Of a stretch of 64,000 nt of DNA, positions 40,620 to 48,836 are shown piece after piece. A program made the position numbers and the translations under genes. Position 1 is the stretch's first letter; each line of letters opens with the position of its first letter. Source of the DNA: an uncultured Erysipelotrichaceae bacterium (lineage in GTDB: Bacteria > Bacillota_I > Bacilli_A > RF39 > UBA660); NCBI GenBank assembly GCA_902785135.1, contig CACZXL010000007.1:6016-70015 (forward strand), in the 5' to 3' direction. Under the pieces are notes generated by a model. The model did not search any database and had not been told where the DNA came from. It worked only from the letters and a program-made list of their open reading frames with translations.

Positions 40620-40663
40620 TATACTTTTTTTGTGATATAATATCTTTGTTAGGGAGTGATATT

Positions 40664-42088
40664 ATGGCAAATAATAAGATTACAAGTAGAGATGTTGATT
40701 TTGCAAAATGGTATACTGATGTCGTTAGAGCAGCATCTTTAGCAGATTATTCATCAGTAAAAGGGTGCATTGTTATTGAACCAAATGGATATGCTATTTG
40801 GGAAAAAATGCAAAGTATTCTAGATAAAGAATTTAAAAAGTTAGGACACGTTAATGTTCAAATGCCGTTACTTATTCCTGAATCAATGTTAAATAAAGAA
40901 AAAGAACTAGTTAATGGATTTGCTCCAGAAGTTGCATGGGTGACTATTGGAGGTCAAAAAGAACTAGATGATAAATTGTGTATAAGACCAACATCTGAAA
41001 CATTGTTCTGTGATTATTATAAAGATCATGTTAGTTCATATAAAGATTTACCAAAATTATATAATCAATGGTGTAATGTGTTAAGATGGGAAAAAGAAAC
41101 AAGACCTTTTTTAAGAAGTAGAGAATTTTTATGGCAAGAAGGACATACTATTCATTCTTCAAAAGAAGAAGCAATGAATGAAACTAATCAAATGATGGAA
41201 GTATATTATAAATTCTTTCATGATTATTTAGCTATACCTTCTATTAAAGGTAAAAAGACAGAAAAAGAAAAATTTTCGGGTGCAGAATATACATTAACTA
41301 ATGAAGCATTAATGTATAACGGAGTAGCTCTTCAAGCTGCGACTTCTCATTACTTTGGTCAAAAATTTGCGGAAGCATATGATGTTAAATTTACTAATAA
41401 GAATAATGAACTAGAATATGTATATCAAACTTCTTGGGGATGCACAACTAGAATGATTGGTGGTTTAATAATGGTTCATTCAGATGATTATGGATTAGTT
41501 TTACCTCCTAAAATCGCACCAAAACAGGTAGTAATTGTGCCAATTGGTGATAGTGAAGAAGTTAAAACATTATCTAATAGCTTTAAAGAACAATTATTAG
41601 AAAAAGATATAATTACATATATAGATGATAGTGATAAATCTCCTGGATTTAAATTTGCAGAAGCAGAAGTAAATGGTATTCCGGTAAGAATAGAAATAGG
41701 AGAAAGAGATTTAGCAAAAGGAACAATTACTATTGCTAGAAGAGATACTAGAGAAAAAATAGAAGTATCTAAAGATGTAGATATAGTTACTTATGTATCT
41801 GAATTATTAGATACTATTCAAAAAGATATGTATGAAAGAGCAGAAAAAAGAAGAGATGAACTTACTTTTGAAGCACATACGTTAGATGATATGAAAAAAA
41901 TATTAGAAACACAACCAGGATTTATACATGCAATGTGGTGCGGTGATAAAGAGTGTGAAGAAAAGATAAAAGAGATTAAAGGATGCAAATCAAGATGTAT
42001 ACTTGAGGGTGCAAAATCTATAGATGACAAGTGTGTATGTTGTGGTAAAGAAGCAAAATATCATGTTATCTGGGGTATTCAATATTAA
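40664..42088 (+). CDS. proS: Proline--tRNA ligase, archaeal/eukaryotic-type class II
   Basis: About 475 aa with class II motifs and C-terminal zinc-binding CxxC...CxxC (CGDKECEEK...CVCCGKE). ATG at 40664 follows agggag. Confidence 0.88.
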   Translation: MANNKITSRDVDFAKWYTDVVRAASLADYSSVKGCIVIEPNGYAIWEKMQSILDKEFKKLGHVNVQMPLLIPESMLNKEKELVNGFAPEVAWVTIGGQKELDDKLCIRPTSETLFCDYYKDHVSSYKDLPKLYNQWCNVLRWEKETRPFLRSREFLWQEGHTIHSSKEEAMNETNQMMEVYYKFFHDYLAIPSIKGKKTEKEKFSGAEYTLTNEALMYNGVALQAATSHYFGQKFAEAYDVKFTNKNNELEYVYQTSWGCTTRMIGGLIMVHSDDYGLVLPPKIAPKQVVIVPIGDSEEVKTLSNSFKEQLLEKDIITYIDDSDKSPGFKFAEAEVNGIPVRIEIGERDLAKGTITIARRDTREKIEVSKDVDIVTYVSELLDTIQKDMYERAEKRRDELTFEAHTLDDMKKILETQPGFIHAMWCGDKECEEKIKEIKGCKSRCILEGAKSIDDKCVCCGKEAKYHVIWGIQY

Positions 42089-42097
42089 TAAAAATGA

Positions 42098-42132
42098 AAG
42101 GCACATTTTACTAAAAAATGTGCTTCTTTGTG
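42098..42132 (+). terminator. Rho-independent terminator after proS
   Basis: ggcacatttt-acta-aaaatgtgc followed by a T-rich run. Confidence 0.6.
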
Positions 42133-42238
42133 CTATAATAATGATATTGCAACCAAAAGTTTACGAAATTTCCAAGCAAAGTTGATAGATTGTAAACCCA
42201 AAAATGATGTAAACTTGTAGTTGAAAGAGGTGAATAGT

Positions 42239-43783
42239 ATGAAGTTTGGTGACAAACTTGTAGGACTAAGAAAAAAGAATGGTCTTAGTCAAGAAGAACT
42301 AGCTGAAAAGCTAGGTGTATCTAGACAATCTGTTAGTAAATGGGAAAGTAATAATGCATATCCTGAAACTGATAAGATTGTTCAAATATGTAATTTGTTT
42401 GATTGTTCTATGGATGATCTAATTAATGATCAAATAACTGATTTAAAACAAATTGATAGAAAGGAAAAAAATAATTTAGCTAAATCTGTTGATTCATTTT
42501 TTGATTATATTTCTAAAACAATTAATATGTTTAGTGATATGACTTTTGGAAGTGGATTCAAATGTGTATTAAAAATGGGATTACTTGCATTAGGATTATT
42601 CTTACTAGGATTATTTGTAGTAGGAGTAACTTCTTCTGTTATTGGTAGACTATTTGGATTCTTAAACCATGGTTATGTAATTGAAACAGTAATTCATAGT
42701 GTTTTAGGAACTATATGGTTAGTAATAGCTATAATTGTATTCTTTTATACATTTAAAATAAGATATCTTGATTATTATGTTAAAGCAAAGGAAGAAAAAC
42801 AAGAAAATATTAATCCAGAAAATAAAGAAAAAATAGAATTAAAACCAACTGAAAAAATAATTATTAGAGATTCTAATGATAAATCTTATTCATTTTTATC
42901 AGGACTTGCTAAAGTAGTAAAATTCTTTATTAAATTAATGTTAATATTCTTTATGATGGGAATTATACCAGGGGTGATAGGTCTTGGAGTTGTATTATTC
43001 TTATCATTAATCCATATTACAGTATCTTCTTTATTTGTAGGAATATTTATTTCTGCTTTGGCTGCAATCATTGCGGGATTAGTAATCTTAACTGTATTTA
43101 TTGATTTTATATTTAATAAAAAATCAAAATATAGATTATTATTAATCTTATTCTTATTATCAATTGTATTCTTTGGTGTAGGAATTGGAATAACTACATA
43201 TAGCTTTAAAAACTTCAATATTAAGGATGCTAAGTCATTAATTAATGATAAATCTGTAATAGATGTTAAATATAGTGATAATTTAGTAATTATTTCGTCA
43301 GGATTAGGTGATGTAAACTATGAGTTTGATGAATCGTTAGGAGATAATATTAAAATTGAAGTTAAATATAATAACAAAATAAATATGGTAGAAACTGCTA
43401 ATGAAGATTATTATGGTGCAGATACATTAGTTATTTATAGAGAAACTAAAGATTTTAATATGAAAGATATTTATGATATTGTTATTAAAGATATAAAGAA
43501 TAATACACTAAGAGAATATGACAATACATTTGTTATTACTATTAAATCATCTAAAGCTACTATAGATAATGTTTTAGCTAATACAAGTAAAGTTTATAGA
43601 TATAATCAAACAAAAACAGATAATGGTTATAAATTAGATAGTATTACACATAGAATAAATGAATATAATATCTGTGAATCTGAAGTTAGATATAATGCCT
43701 TCTCCAATGAAATAAAATCTAGCGAAGGATGTAACTGCGAAAAAATAGAAAGAGATAATTCTGTTGAAATTAGCTGTGAATAA
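42239..43783 (+). CDS. XRE-family HTH transcriptional regulator fused to a polytopic membrane domain and C-terminal extracytoplasmic domain
   Basis: N-terminal LSQEELAEKLGVSRQSVSKWE HTH, several TM helices, and a ~200-aa C-terminal domain. ATG at 42239 follows gaaagaggtga. Confidence 0.7.
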   Translation: MKFGDKLVGLRKKNGLSQEELAEKLGVSRQSVSKWESNNAYPETDKIVQICNLFDCSMDDLINDQITDLKQIDRKEKNNLAKSVDSFFDYISKTINMFSDMTFGSGFKCVLKMGLLALGLFLLGLFVVGVTSSVIGRLFGFLNHGYVIETVIHSVLGTIWLVIAIIVFFYTFKIRYLDYYVKAKEEKQENINPENKEKIELKPTEKIIIRDSNDKSYSFLSGLAKVVKFFIKLMLIFFMMGIIPGVIGLGVVLFLSLIHITVSSLFVGIFISALAAIIAGLVILTVFIDFIFNKKSKYRLLLILFLLSIVFFGVGIGITTYSFKNFNIKDAKSLINDKSVIDVKYSDNLVIISSGLGDVNYEFDESLGDNIKIEVKYNNKINMVETANEDYYGADTLVIYRETKDFNMKDIYDIVIKDIKNNTLREYDNTFVITIKSSKATIDNVLANTSKVYRYNQTKTDNGYKLDSITHRINEYNICESEVRYNAFSNEIKSSEGCNCEKIERDNSVEISCE

Positions 43784-43835
43784 GTATGGAGAAATCCATA
43801 CTTTTTTTGTATAATAATTATAGGAGTGTAACAAT

Positions 43836-44198
43836 ATGAAAAAATTTAAACAAGATTTAAAAGAATTTAAAATTCCTATTATTGTAGTTACTATATATAT
43901 TATTTTTATGAAAATAGTATTTGGAAGTGTATGCCCGATAAAAGTATTTTTTCATATTGATTGTCCAGGTTGTGGATTAACTCGTGCAACAATAGCGCTC
44001 CTAAAGGGTGATATAGCAAAATCATTACATTATAATTATACTTGTATATTATGGTTAATAACGTTTATGTTATTTATTATAGATAGATATATAAAACCAT
44101 TAAGAATTAAACCTTTTCCAGTTCTTTTTATTATTACGAGTGTAGTAACAATAATTAGATATATTTTAATTATGGTATTTAATATACATATTTTTTAA
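43836..44198 (+). CDS. DUF2752-family small membrane protein
   Basis: CPGCGLTRA motif plus three TM helices. Confidence 0.55.
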   Translation: MKKFKQDLKEFKIPIIVVTIYIIFMKIVFGSVCPIKVFFHIDCPGCGLTRATIALLKGDIAKSLHYNYTCILWLITFMLFIIDRYIKPLRIKPFPVLFIITSVVTIIRYILIMVFNIHIF

Positions 44199-44251
44199 GT
44201 TTATTTGAAATATTTATTTTTATAATATATAATATATTAAAGGAGAGTAGT

Positions 44252-44641
44252 ATGAAGAAAAAAATAATAATTATATCAGTATGTTTAATTATTATATTCT
44301 TTATAGTCTACAAATTTACTAGAACAGAAAACAATATTAAGATAACATTTTTAAAAGATAACGAAGAATATAAAGATGTAATTGTTAAAAATATTGATAA
44401 TATTCAGATTAATAAGTATACTGAAGCTGGATTAGAAAGCAAAGTAATAACTAATAAAGAAGATATTAGTTCTGTTTATAGTGATTTATTAAATATTAAA
44501 TATGGAGAAGAAACAGATATGGCTTGTGAAGATAATACAACTATATATTTAATAACTCTAAAAAATGGAAAGAAAAAAACAATTACTATCGAATGTGATT
44601 GGATTATCATAGGAGATAAAAGATATTTAATAGAAAAATAG
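44252..44641 (+). CDS. Hypothetical N-terminally anchored protein
   Basis: Single TM helix IIIISVCLIIIFFIV, then a ~100-aa domain. Confidence 0.5.
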   Translation: MKKKIIIISVCLIIIFFIVYKFTRTENNIKITFLKDNEEYKDVIVKNIDNIQINKYTEAGLESKVITNKEDISSVYSDLLNIKYGEETDMACEDNTTIYLITLKNGKKKTITIECDWIIIGDKRYLIEK

Positions 44642-44649
44642 GAGGATAT

Positions 44650-44787
44650 ATGGAAAAAAAATGTAATTGTGGACCTGATTGTAAATGTGGGTGTAACGAA
44701 GGAAAAAAATGTACTTGCAATGGTGAATGTAAGTGTGGATGCAAAAAAGAAACTAAGAAAAAATGTGGTTGCAAGAAGAATTGCTAA
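44650..44787 (+). CDS. Unannotated 45-aa cysteine-rich metallothionein-like peptide (below track cutoff)
   Basis: aggagga lies 5 nt upstream of the ATG. Translation is MEKKCNCGPDCKCGCNEGKKCTCNGECKCGCKKETKKKCGCKKNC, with 14 Cys in CxC/CxxC/CGC arrangements. Followed by terminator hairpin aagatatttt-aaaaaa-atatctttttt. Confidence 0.6.
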   Translation: MEKKCNCGPDCKCGCNEGKKCTCNGECKCGCKKETKKKCGCKKNC

Positions 44788-44871
44788 AAGATATTTTAAA
44801 AAAATATCTTTTTTTCTTTAAAATATTTACAAATAATGCTATAATGATTAATGTAGGAGTAGGAGTACAAT

Positions 44872-45516
44872 ATGAGGTATAGTAGAGGTAGAATAATTTT
44901 AACAACAATTATAAGTATTTCTTGTTTTGCATTAGTAGTATTTGTAATTTATAAAGGTATAGGATATGCTAAAAAAGTAAATGGTGTTGAAGAACCAAAA
45001 GTAAAAGCAAATGTTACTGAAAAGAAAAAAATAGTAAAAAAAGTTGAAACGAAAAAAACAACTAAGAAAGATGAAAAAGAAAAAAAGACTACTAAAAAAG
45101 CAGAAAAGAAAACAACAAAAGAACAAGTAGTAGTAAAAAAAGAAGAAGTAAAAAAAGAAACAAAACCTGTTACTACAGAGCCTGTTCAAAAACAAGAAAT
45201 AAAAAAAGAAGAAGTAAAAGAGGTTCCTACGTTTGATAATGGTATAGTTGGCAAATATGTGATAAAAGAATTAACAATTGATGGAAAAGAATATACAAAA
45301 AAAGAAATAGATAAGCTAATAAAAGAAGGATATTCTATGAACCTTGAAATAGACTCTTCTGGGTTAGCTACTATACATGTTTTATCAATAAATCATTTTT
45401 ATGCAGTTGATGATACATATTTTGATGATGGAAAAAACAAAATAGTGTATTCTCATAGTAATACAAGAATAAGAATAACTGTGGATAACGCAAAAATGTT
45501 ATTTATAAAGAAATAA
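44872..45516 (+). CDS. Hypothetical membrane-anchored protein with lysine-rich KKxTTKK repeat linker
   Basis: N-terminal TM helix, low-complexity K/E/T repeats, C-terminal ~100-aa domain. Confidence 0.5.
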   Translation: MRYSRGRIILTTIISISCFALVVFVIYKGIGYAKKVNGVEEPKVKANVTEKKKIVKKVETKKTTKKDEKEKKTTKKAEKKTTKEQVVVKKEEVKKETKPVTTEPVQKQEIKKEEVKEVPTFDNGIVGKYVIKELTIDGKEYTKKEIDKLIKEGYSMNLEIDSSGLATIHVLSINHFYAVDDTYFDDGKNKIVYSHSNTRIRITVDNAKMLFIKK

Positions 45517-45520
45517 AGAG

Positions 45521-47524
45521 GTGGAAAATATGGAGCTAGAAAATTTAAAAAGGATACTAGATGCAATGAAAGAAGATTATGATAAACAATCTAATCTTAA
45601 AAAATTCTACAAAGAAACTTTAACAGAAGATGAATATAAGAACTTTGAAAAAGTATTAAAAGATAATAAGAGTCAAATAACAGAAATAGAAGGTATTATA
45701 AAGAAAATGACTCAATATTCAGATCAGTATGAATATGAAAGAATAATGTCTATGTCTGAAACAGAATTTAATTCTATTAAAGACGAAGAAATATATAGAA
45801 AGAAACAAGAAATAAAAGATCATAATAAAGAAATAAATGAAAAGAATGCGTCTATTACTGATGAGATTGAAACATTGACTCAAGAAAATACTGATTTAAA
45901 AGCTGAATTAGAAGAAATGACTAATAATATCGCAGAAACAGGTAAATATACTAAGGAATCTGTTGATAGAGCGAAAAAAATCAAAAATACTATTCAAAGT
46001 AATAATGAAAAAATTGAACAAAATAAAGAATTAATTGAAAATAATGATAAAGATATTATTGTTAATGATGAAATTATTTTAGATTTTGAATCATATAAAG
46101 AACAAAGATTAAGTAAGTTATCTAAAAAAGGTTATATGGAAAAAATACCAGAAGTATCTGTTATGGATGAATTCTTATGTAAATTACAAAAGAAGGGTAA
46201 AACTCCAGAAGAAATTGAAAAAGCTATTAATTGCTTTAAAGAAGACTATATTGGAGGATATGAAAAAGAAGCTTATGAATACTTTGATCCTATTCATAGA
46301 GCAGATTTTGATATTAAAGATGAATCTGGTGATGAACAAGCTCAAAAAGTAACTGAATTGCTTGAAAAATATTTTGAAGTAGTTGAAAAAGGTGAAAAGA
46401 ATACTTCTTCTGATAAGGGTGTTATAGAAAGAAAAATGCTTGTTAGATATAATACTAATAAAAGACATAATATATCTGAAATAACTAAAGTTAGATTATT
46501 AAGAGAGTTAGTAGAAGGTGGTTCTTTCTATAAAACAATAAAAAATAATTCTATATTAGATAATGGATGTTTCTTAAATCTTAATGATAGAATATCTGTT
46601 TTAAAGGATAGATTACTACAAATAGAAGAATGGAAAGAAGCAAACCCTAGTTCAAGAGATTATATTAAAATAATTACTTTAATTGATGATTATAAAGAAA
46701 TAACTAAAACAAGAAAAGGTAAAGAAGAATATAAAGATAGAATTAGAGATTTAGTTAAATCCTTAAAGAATTATTTCTCTAAAGAATACTTTGAAAATAA
46801 TACTTATGCCTTAAAAGTACTATCATTATTTGATGATATTTCAAATAATAATAAAGAAGTAAAAATATTAACAACTGAAATAGATAAGATTAATAATAAA
46901 AAGATAGTAATAAATAAGAAAGAACTACAAAAACAAACTGAAGATTTAACAAAAGAAATAAAGAGATTAAATGCAAAAACTGATCAAGATAATAAAGAAA
47001 TATTAGATATATTATCAATGGTATCTGATGTATTAGAAAAAGTATTAAGAGAACCAGAAGAAATAATGTATCCAAAAGATGATAATAAAGAAGAAATTGA
47101 TATTATCTTTAATAAACTTCATCCAAAAGACAAAAATATTGACTTCTCTGTTTCATATGAAGAAGATTGTTTATATGAATTAGAAAAAGATTTACAAAAA
47201 GCACAAGTATATTTAGATAGTTATGAAGCTAAAAAAGTATCTAATAGAAAAGCTTCTATCGCATATTTATGTGCCAATATGGGCGTTACAAGTATATCTG
47301 ATAGTACCGTTGATGCTTTAATGGATGAAAAGAATAAAAAGAACCCTATAAAGGCTTCTGAAATAGGAAAGAGAATAAATGAAGCTAGAATAAATCTATA
47401 TTTAAGAGAACAAAAAGAAAGAGCTCAAAGTGAATCATCTAAGGCTAAATCAGAAATACTAGGAGCAATTTTGGATCATATAGATTTAGATGAAACAAAA
47501 ACTGATATTTTTGCTGCAATATAA
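45521..47524 (+). CDS. Large hypothetical coiled-coil protein (667 aa)
   Basis: Long E/K-rich heptad-like stretches. No enzymatic motif. Confidence 0.5.
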   Translation: MENMELENLKRILDAMKEDYDKQSNLKKFYKETLTEDEYKNFEKVLKDNKSQITEIEGIIKKMTQYSDQYEYERIMSMSETEFNSIKDEEIYRKKQEIKDHNKEINEKNASITDEIETLTQENTDLKAELEEMTNNIAETGKYTKESVDRAKKIKNTIQSNNEKIEQNKELIENNDKDIIVNDEIILDFESYKEQRLSKLSKKGYMEKIPEVSVMDEFLCKLQKKGKTPEEIEKAINCFKEDYIGGYEKEAYEYFDPIHRADFDIKDESGDEQAQKVTELLEKYFEVVEKGEKNTSSDKGVIERKMLVRYNTNKRHNISEITKVRLLRELVEGGSFYKTIKNNSILDNGCFLNLNDRISVLKDRLLQIEEWKEANPSSRDYIKIITLIDDYKEITKTRKGKEEYKDRIRDLVKSLKNYFSKEYFENNTYALKVLSLFDDISNNNKEVKILTTEIDKINNKKIVINKKELQKQTEDLTKEIKRLNAKTDQDNKEILDILSMVSDVLEKVLREPEEIMYPKDDNKEEIDIIFNKLHPKDKNIDFSVSYEEDCLYELEKDLQKAQVYLDSYEAKKVSNRKASIAYLCANMGVTSISDSTVDALMDEKNKKNPIKASEIGKRINEARINLYLREQKERAQSESSKAKSEILGAILDHIDLDETKTDIFAAI

Positions 47525-47527
47525 CAT

Positions 47528-47560
47528 AAAAAAAGTAACTGAATTTAATCAGTTACTTTT
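47528..47560. terminator. Bidirectional terminator between convergent genes
   Basis: aaaaaagtaactga-atttaa-tcagttacttttt, a perfect 9-bp stem flanked by A- and T-runs. Confidence 0.65.
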
Positions 47561-48254
47561 TAAATATTTTTTCAATGAATTTAATTATAATTTCGAATAT
47601 ATTTTTAGTATCTTTTTTATTAGATACTACTTTTTTTGCAATTTTTTCTTCTTTTTTAACTTCGTTAATCTCTTTGTTTTCAACAGCAGTTTCTACAACG
47701 CTCTCAGTTGTATCATTTTTTTCTTCAATTTCAGTATTTTCTGCTACTTCAACATAGTTTTCAACAGTATTTTGTTCATTTTTAACTTCAATATTTTTAG
47801 CATTAACATATAGTCCATTAACATTAGCACTTACTAATTCTGCATTAGCATCAACTAATTCAGGTTTTGTTAATGTAATTGAACTATTTCCTTCTCCGAT
47901 AGCTTTAAATGTTAAAGTATAAACATTAGTTCTTTCTTTGATACCATTTTCTAAAGAAAAATCCATAGCAGCAATTTTATTAATTCTGTTATTGATTATA
48001 ACTTCGTATGCATCACCTTGAGTAGTACTTACTAATTCTAATACAGTATTATCATAATTAATATAACCACCAAAAGCAACTACACCATTATTAGTACCAT
48101 CAATATTATCAAGTACCATGTTTACTGTGAATTCATCACCTACGTTAACATTAGTTTGTCCTTCAAATTTTACTGTTGAAACTCCAGCAGCATTAACTGT
48201 CATAGGTAAAGTAGCTAAACCTACTAAAGCTCCTATTAAATATCTTTTTTTCAT
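47553..48254 (-). CDS. Secreted protein with cohesin-like domain
   Basis: Signal peptide MKKRYLIGALVGLATLPMTVNA. The domain VKFEGQTNVNVGDEFTVNMVLDNIDG...GGYINYDNTVLELVS...YTLTFKAIGEGNSSITL follows a type-I cohesin sequence pattern. aaggggggaaatctt precedes the ATG at 48254. Confidence 0.5.
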   Translation of the reverse strand: MKKRYLIGALVGLATLPMTVNAAGVSTVKFEGQTNVNVGDEFTVNMVLDNIDGTNNGVVAFGGYINYDNTVLELVSTTQGDAYEVIINNRINKIAAMDFSLENGIKERTNVYTLTFKAIGEGNSSITLTKPELVDANAELVSANVNGLYVNAKNIEVKNEQNTVENYVEVAENTEIEEKNDTTESVVETAVENKEINEVKKEEKIAKKVVSNKKDTKNIFEIIIKFIEKIFKK

Positions 48255-48311
48255 AAGATTTCCCCCCTTTACTTTATGGCACAAACCCCTCGTTTCATAA
48301 AGTTGTGCGCT

Positions 48312-48340
48312 ATTATAACAAATTTCTTTAAATAATGCAA
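48312..48340 (-). promoter_or_regulatory. Sigma-A promoter for the cohesin-like gene (minus strand)
   Basis: Reverse complement reads TTGCAT, 17 nt, TGtTATAAT. A 5'-UTR hairpin gcacaac...gttgtgcc follows. Confidence 0.55.
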
Positions 48341-48677
48341 ATTTTTTTAAATTTTATCAATTCCTTTATTATATTAGTGTTCCCTTTATTTTATAAGGAA
48401 TACTTATAATTTTGTAAGAAATTGCATGTAAAATGATTGACAGATTTTCTTATTAATAATATAGGATAGTTCACTTTTTTAGTAAATATTTTTTTGATAA
48501 AAAAATAATATTAAAATGTGTAAAAAATCGTGTAAAATGTAAATTTTAATAAATTTTAATAATTTAAAAAGTGGTGGAAAAATGCATCACTTTTCCACAG
48601 CGTTTTCAGTTCTTTCAAACACCCGTTTTACCTTTATAAAATAAGGGAAAAATAGCAAAAAAATATGTCGTTTTTTG

Positions 48678-48707
48678 TTGACTTTTTTGACTGATTTTTG
48701 ATATAAT
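48678..48707 (+). promoter_or_regulatory. Sigma-A promoter for the giant ORF
   Basis: TTGACT at 48678-83, 18-nt spacer, TGaTATAAT at 48699-48707, about 130 nt upstream of the ATG at 48837. Confidence 0.55.
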
Positions 48708-48836
48708 TATAATAGATAATAGGATAGTATAAAGAGTAGTGTAACAATGTCTCTTTGTATTAAATATGATCCTGTTGTTTTAACTATGAAATAAAATGGA
48801 AAATCAGTAATAGTTAGGGAAGTTTAGAGGTGTCTT

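Noticed and set aside
44932-45195. Track ORF on - strand (FFFF/YYYY-rich)
   Set aside because: It is the antisense reading of the lysine-rich (aaa/aag) repeat region of the 44872-45516 gene, an artefact of A-rich codons.
47490-47813. Track ORF of 107 aa, Phe-rich, on + strand
   Set aside because: Low-complexity translation of an AT-rich region. It lies entirely antisense to the well-supported cohesin-like gene and its terminator, so I judge it spurious.
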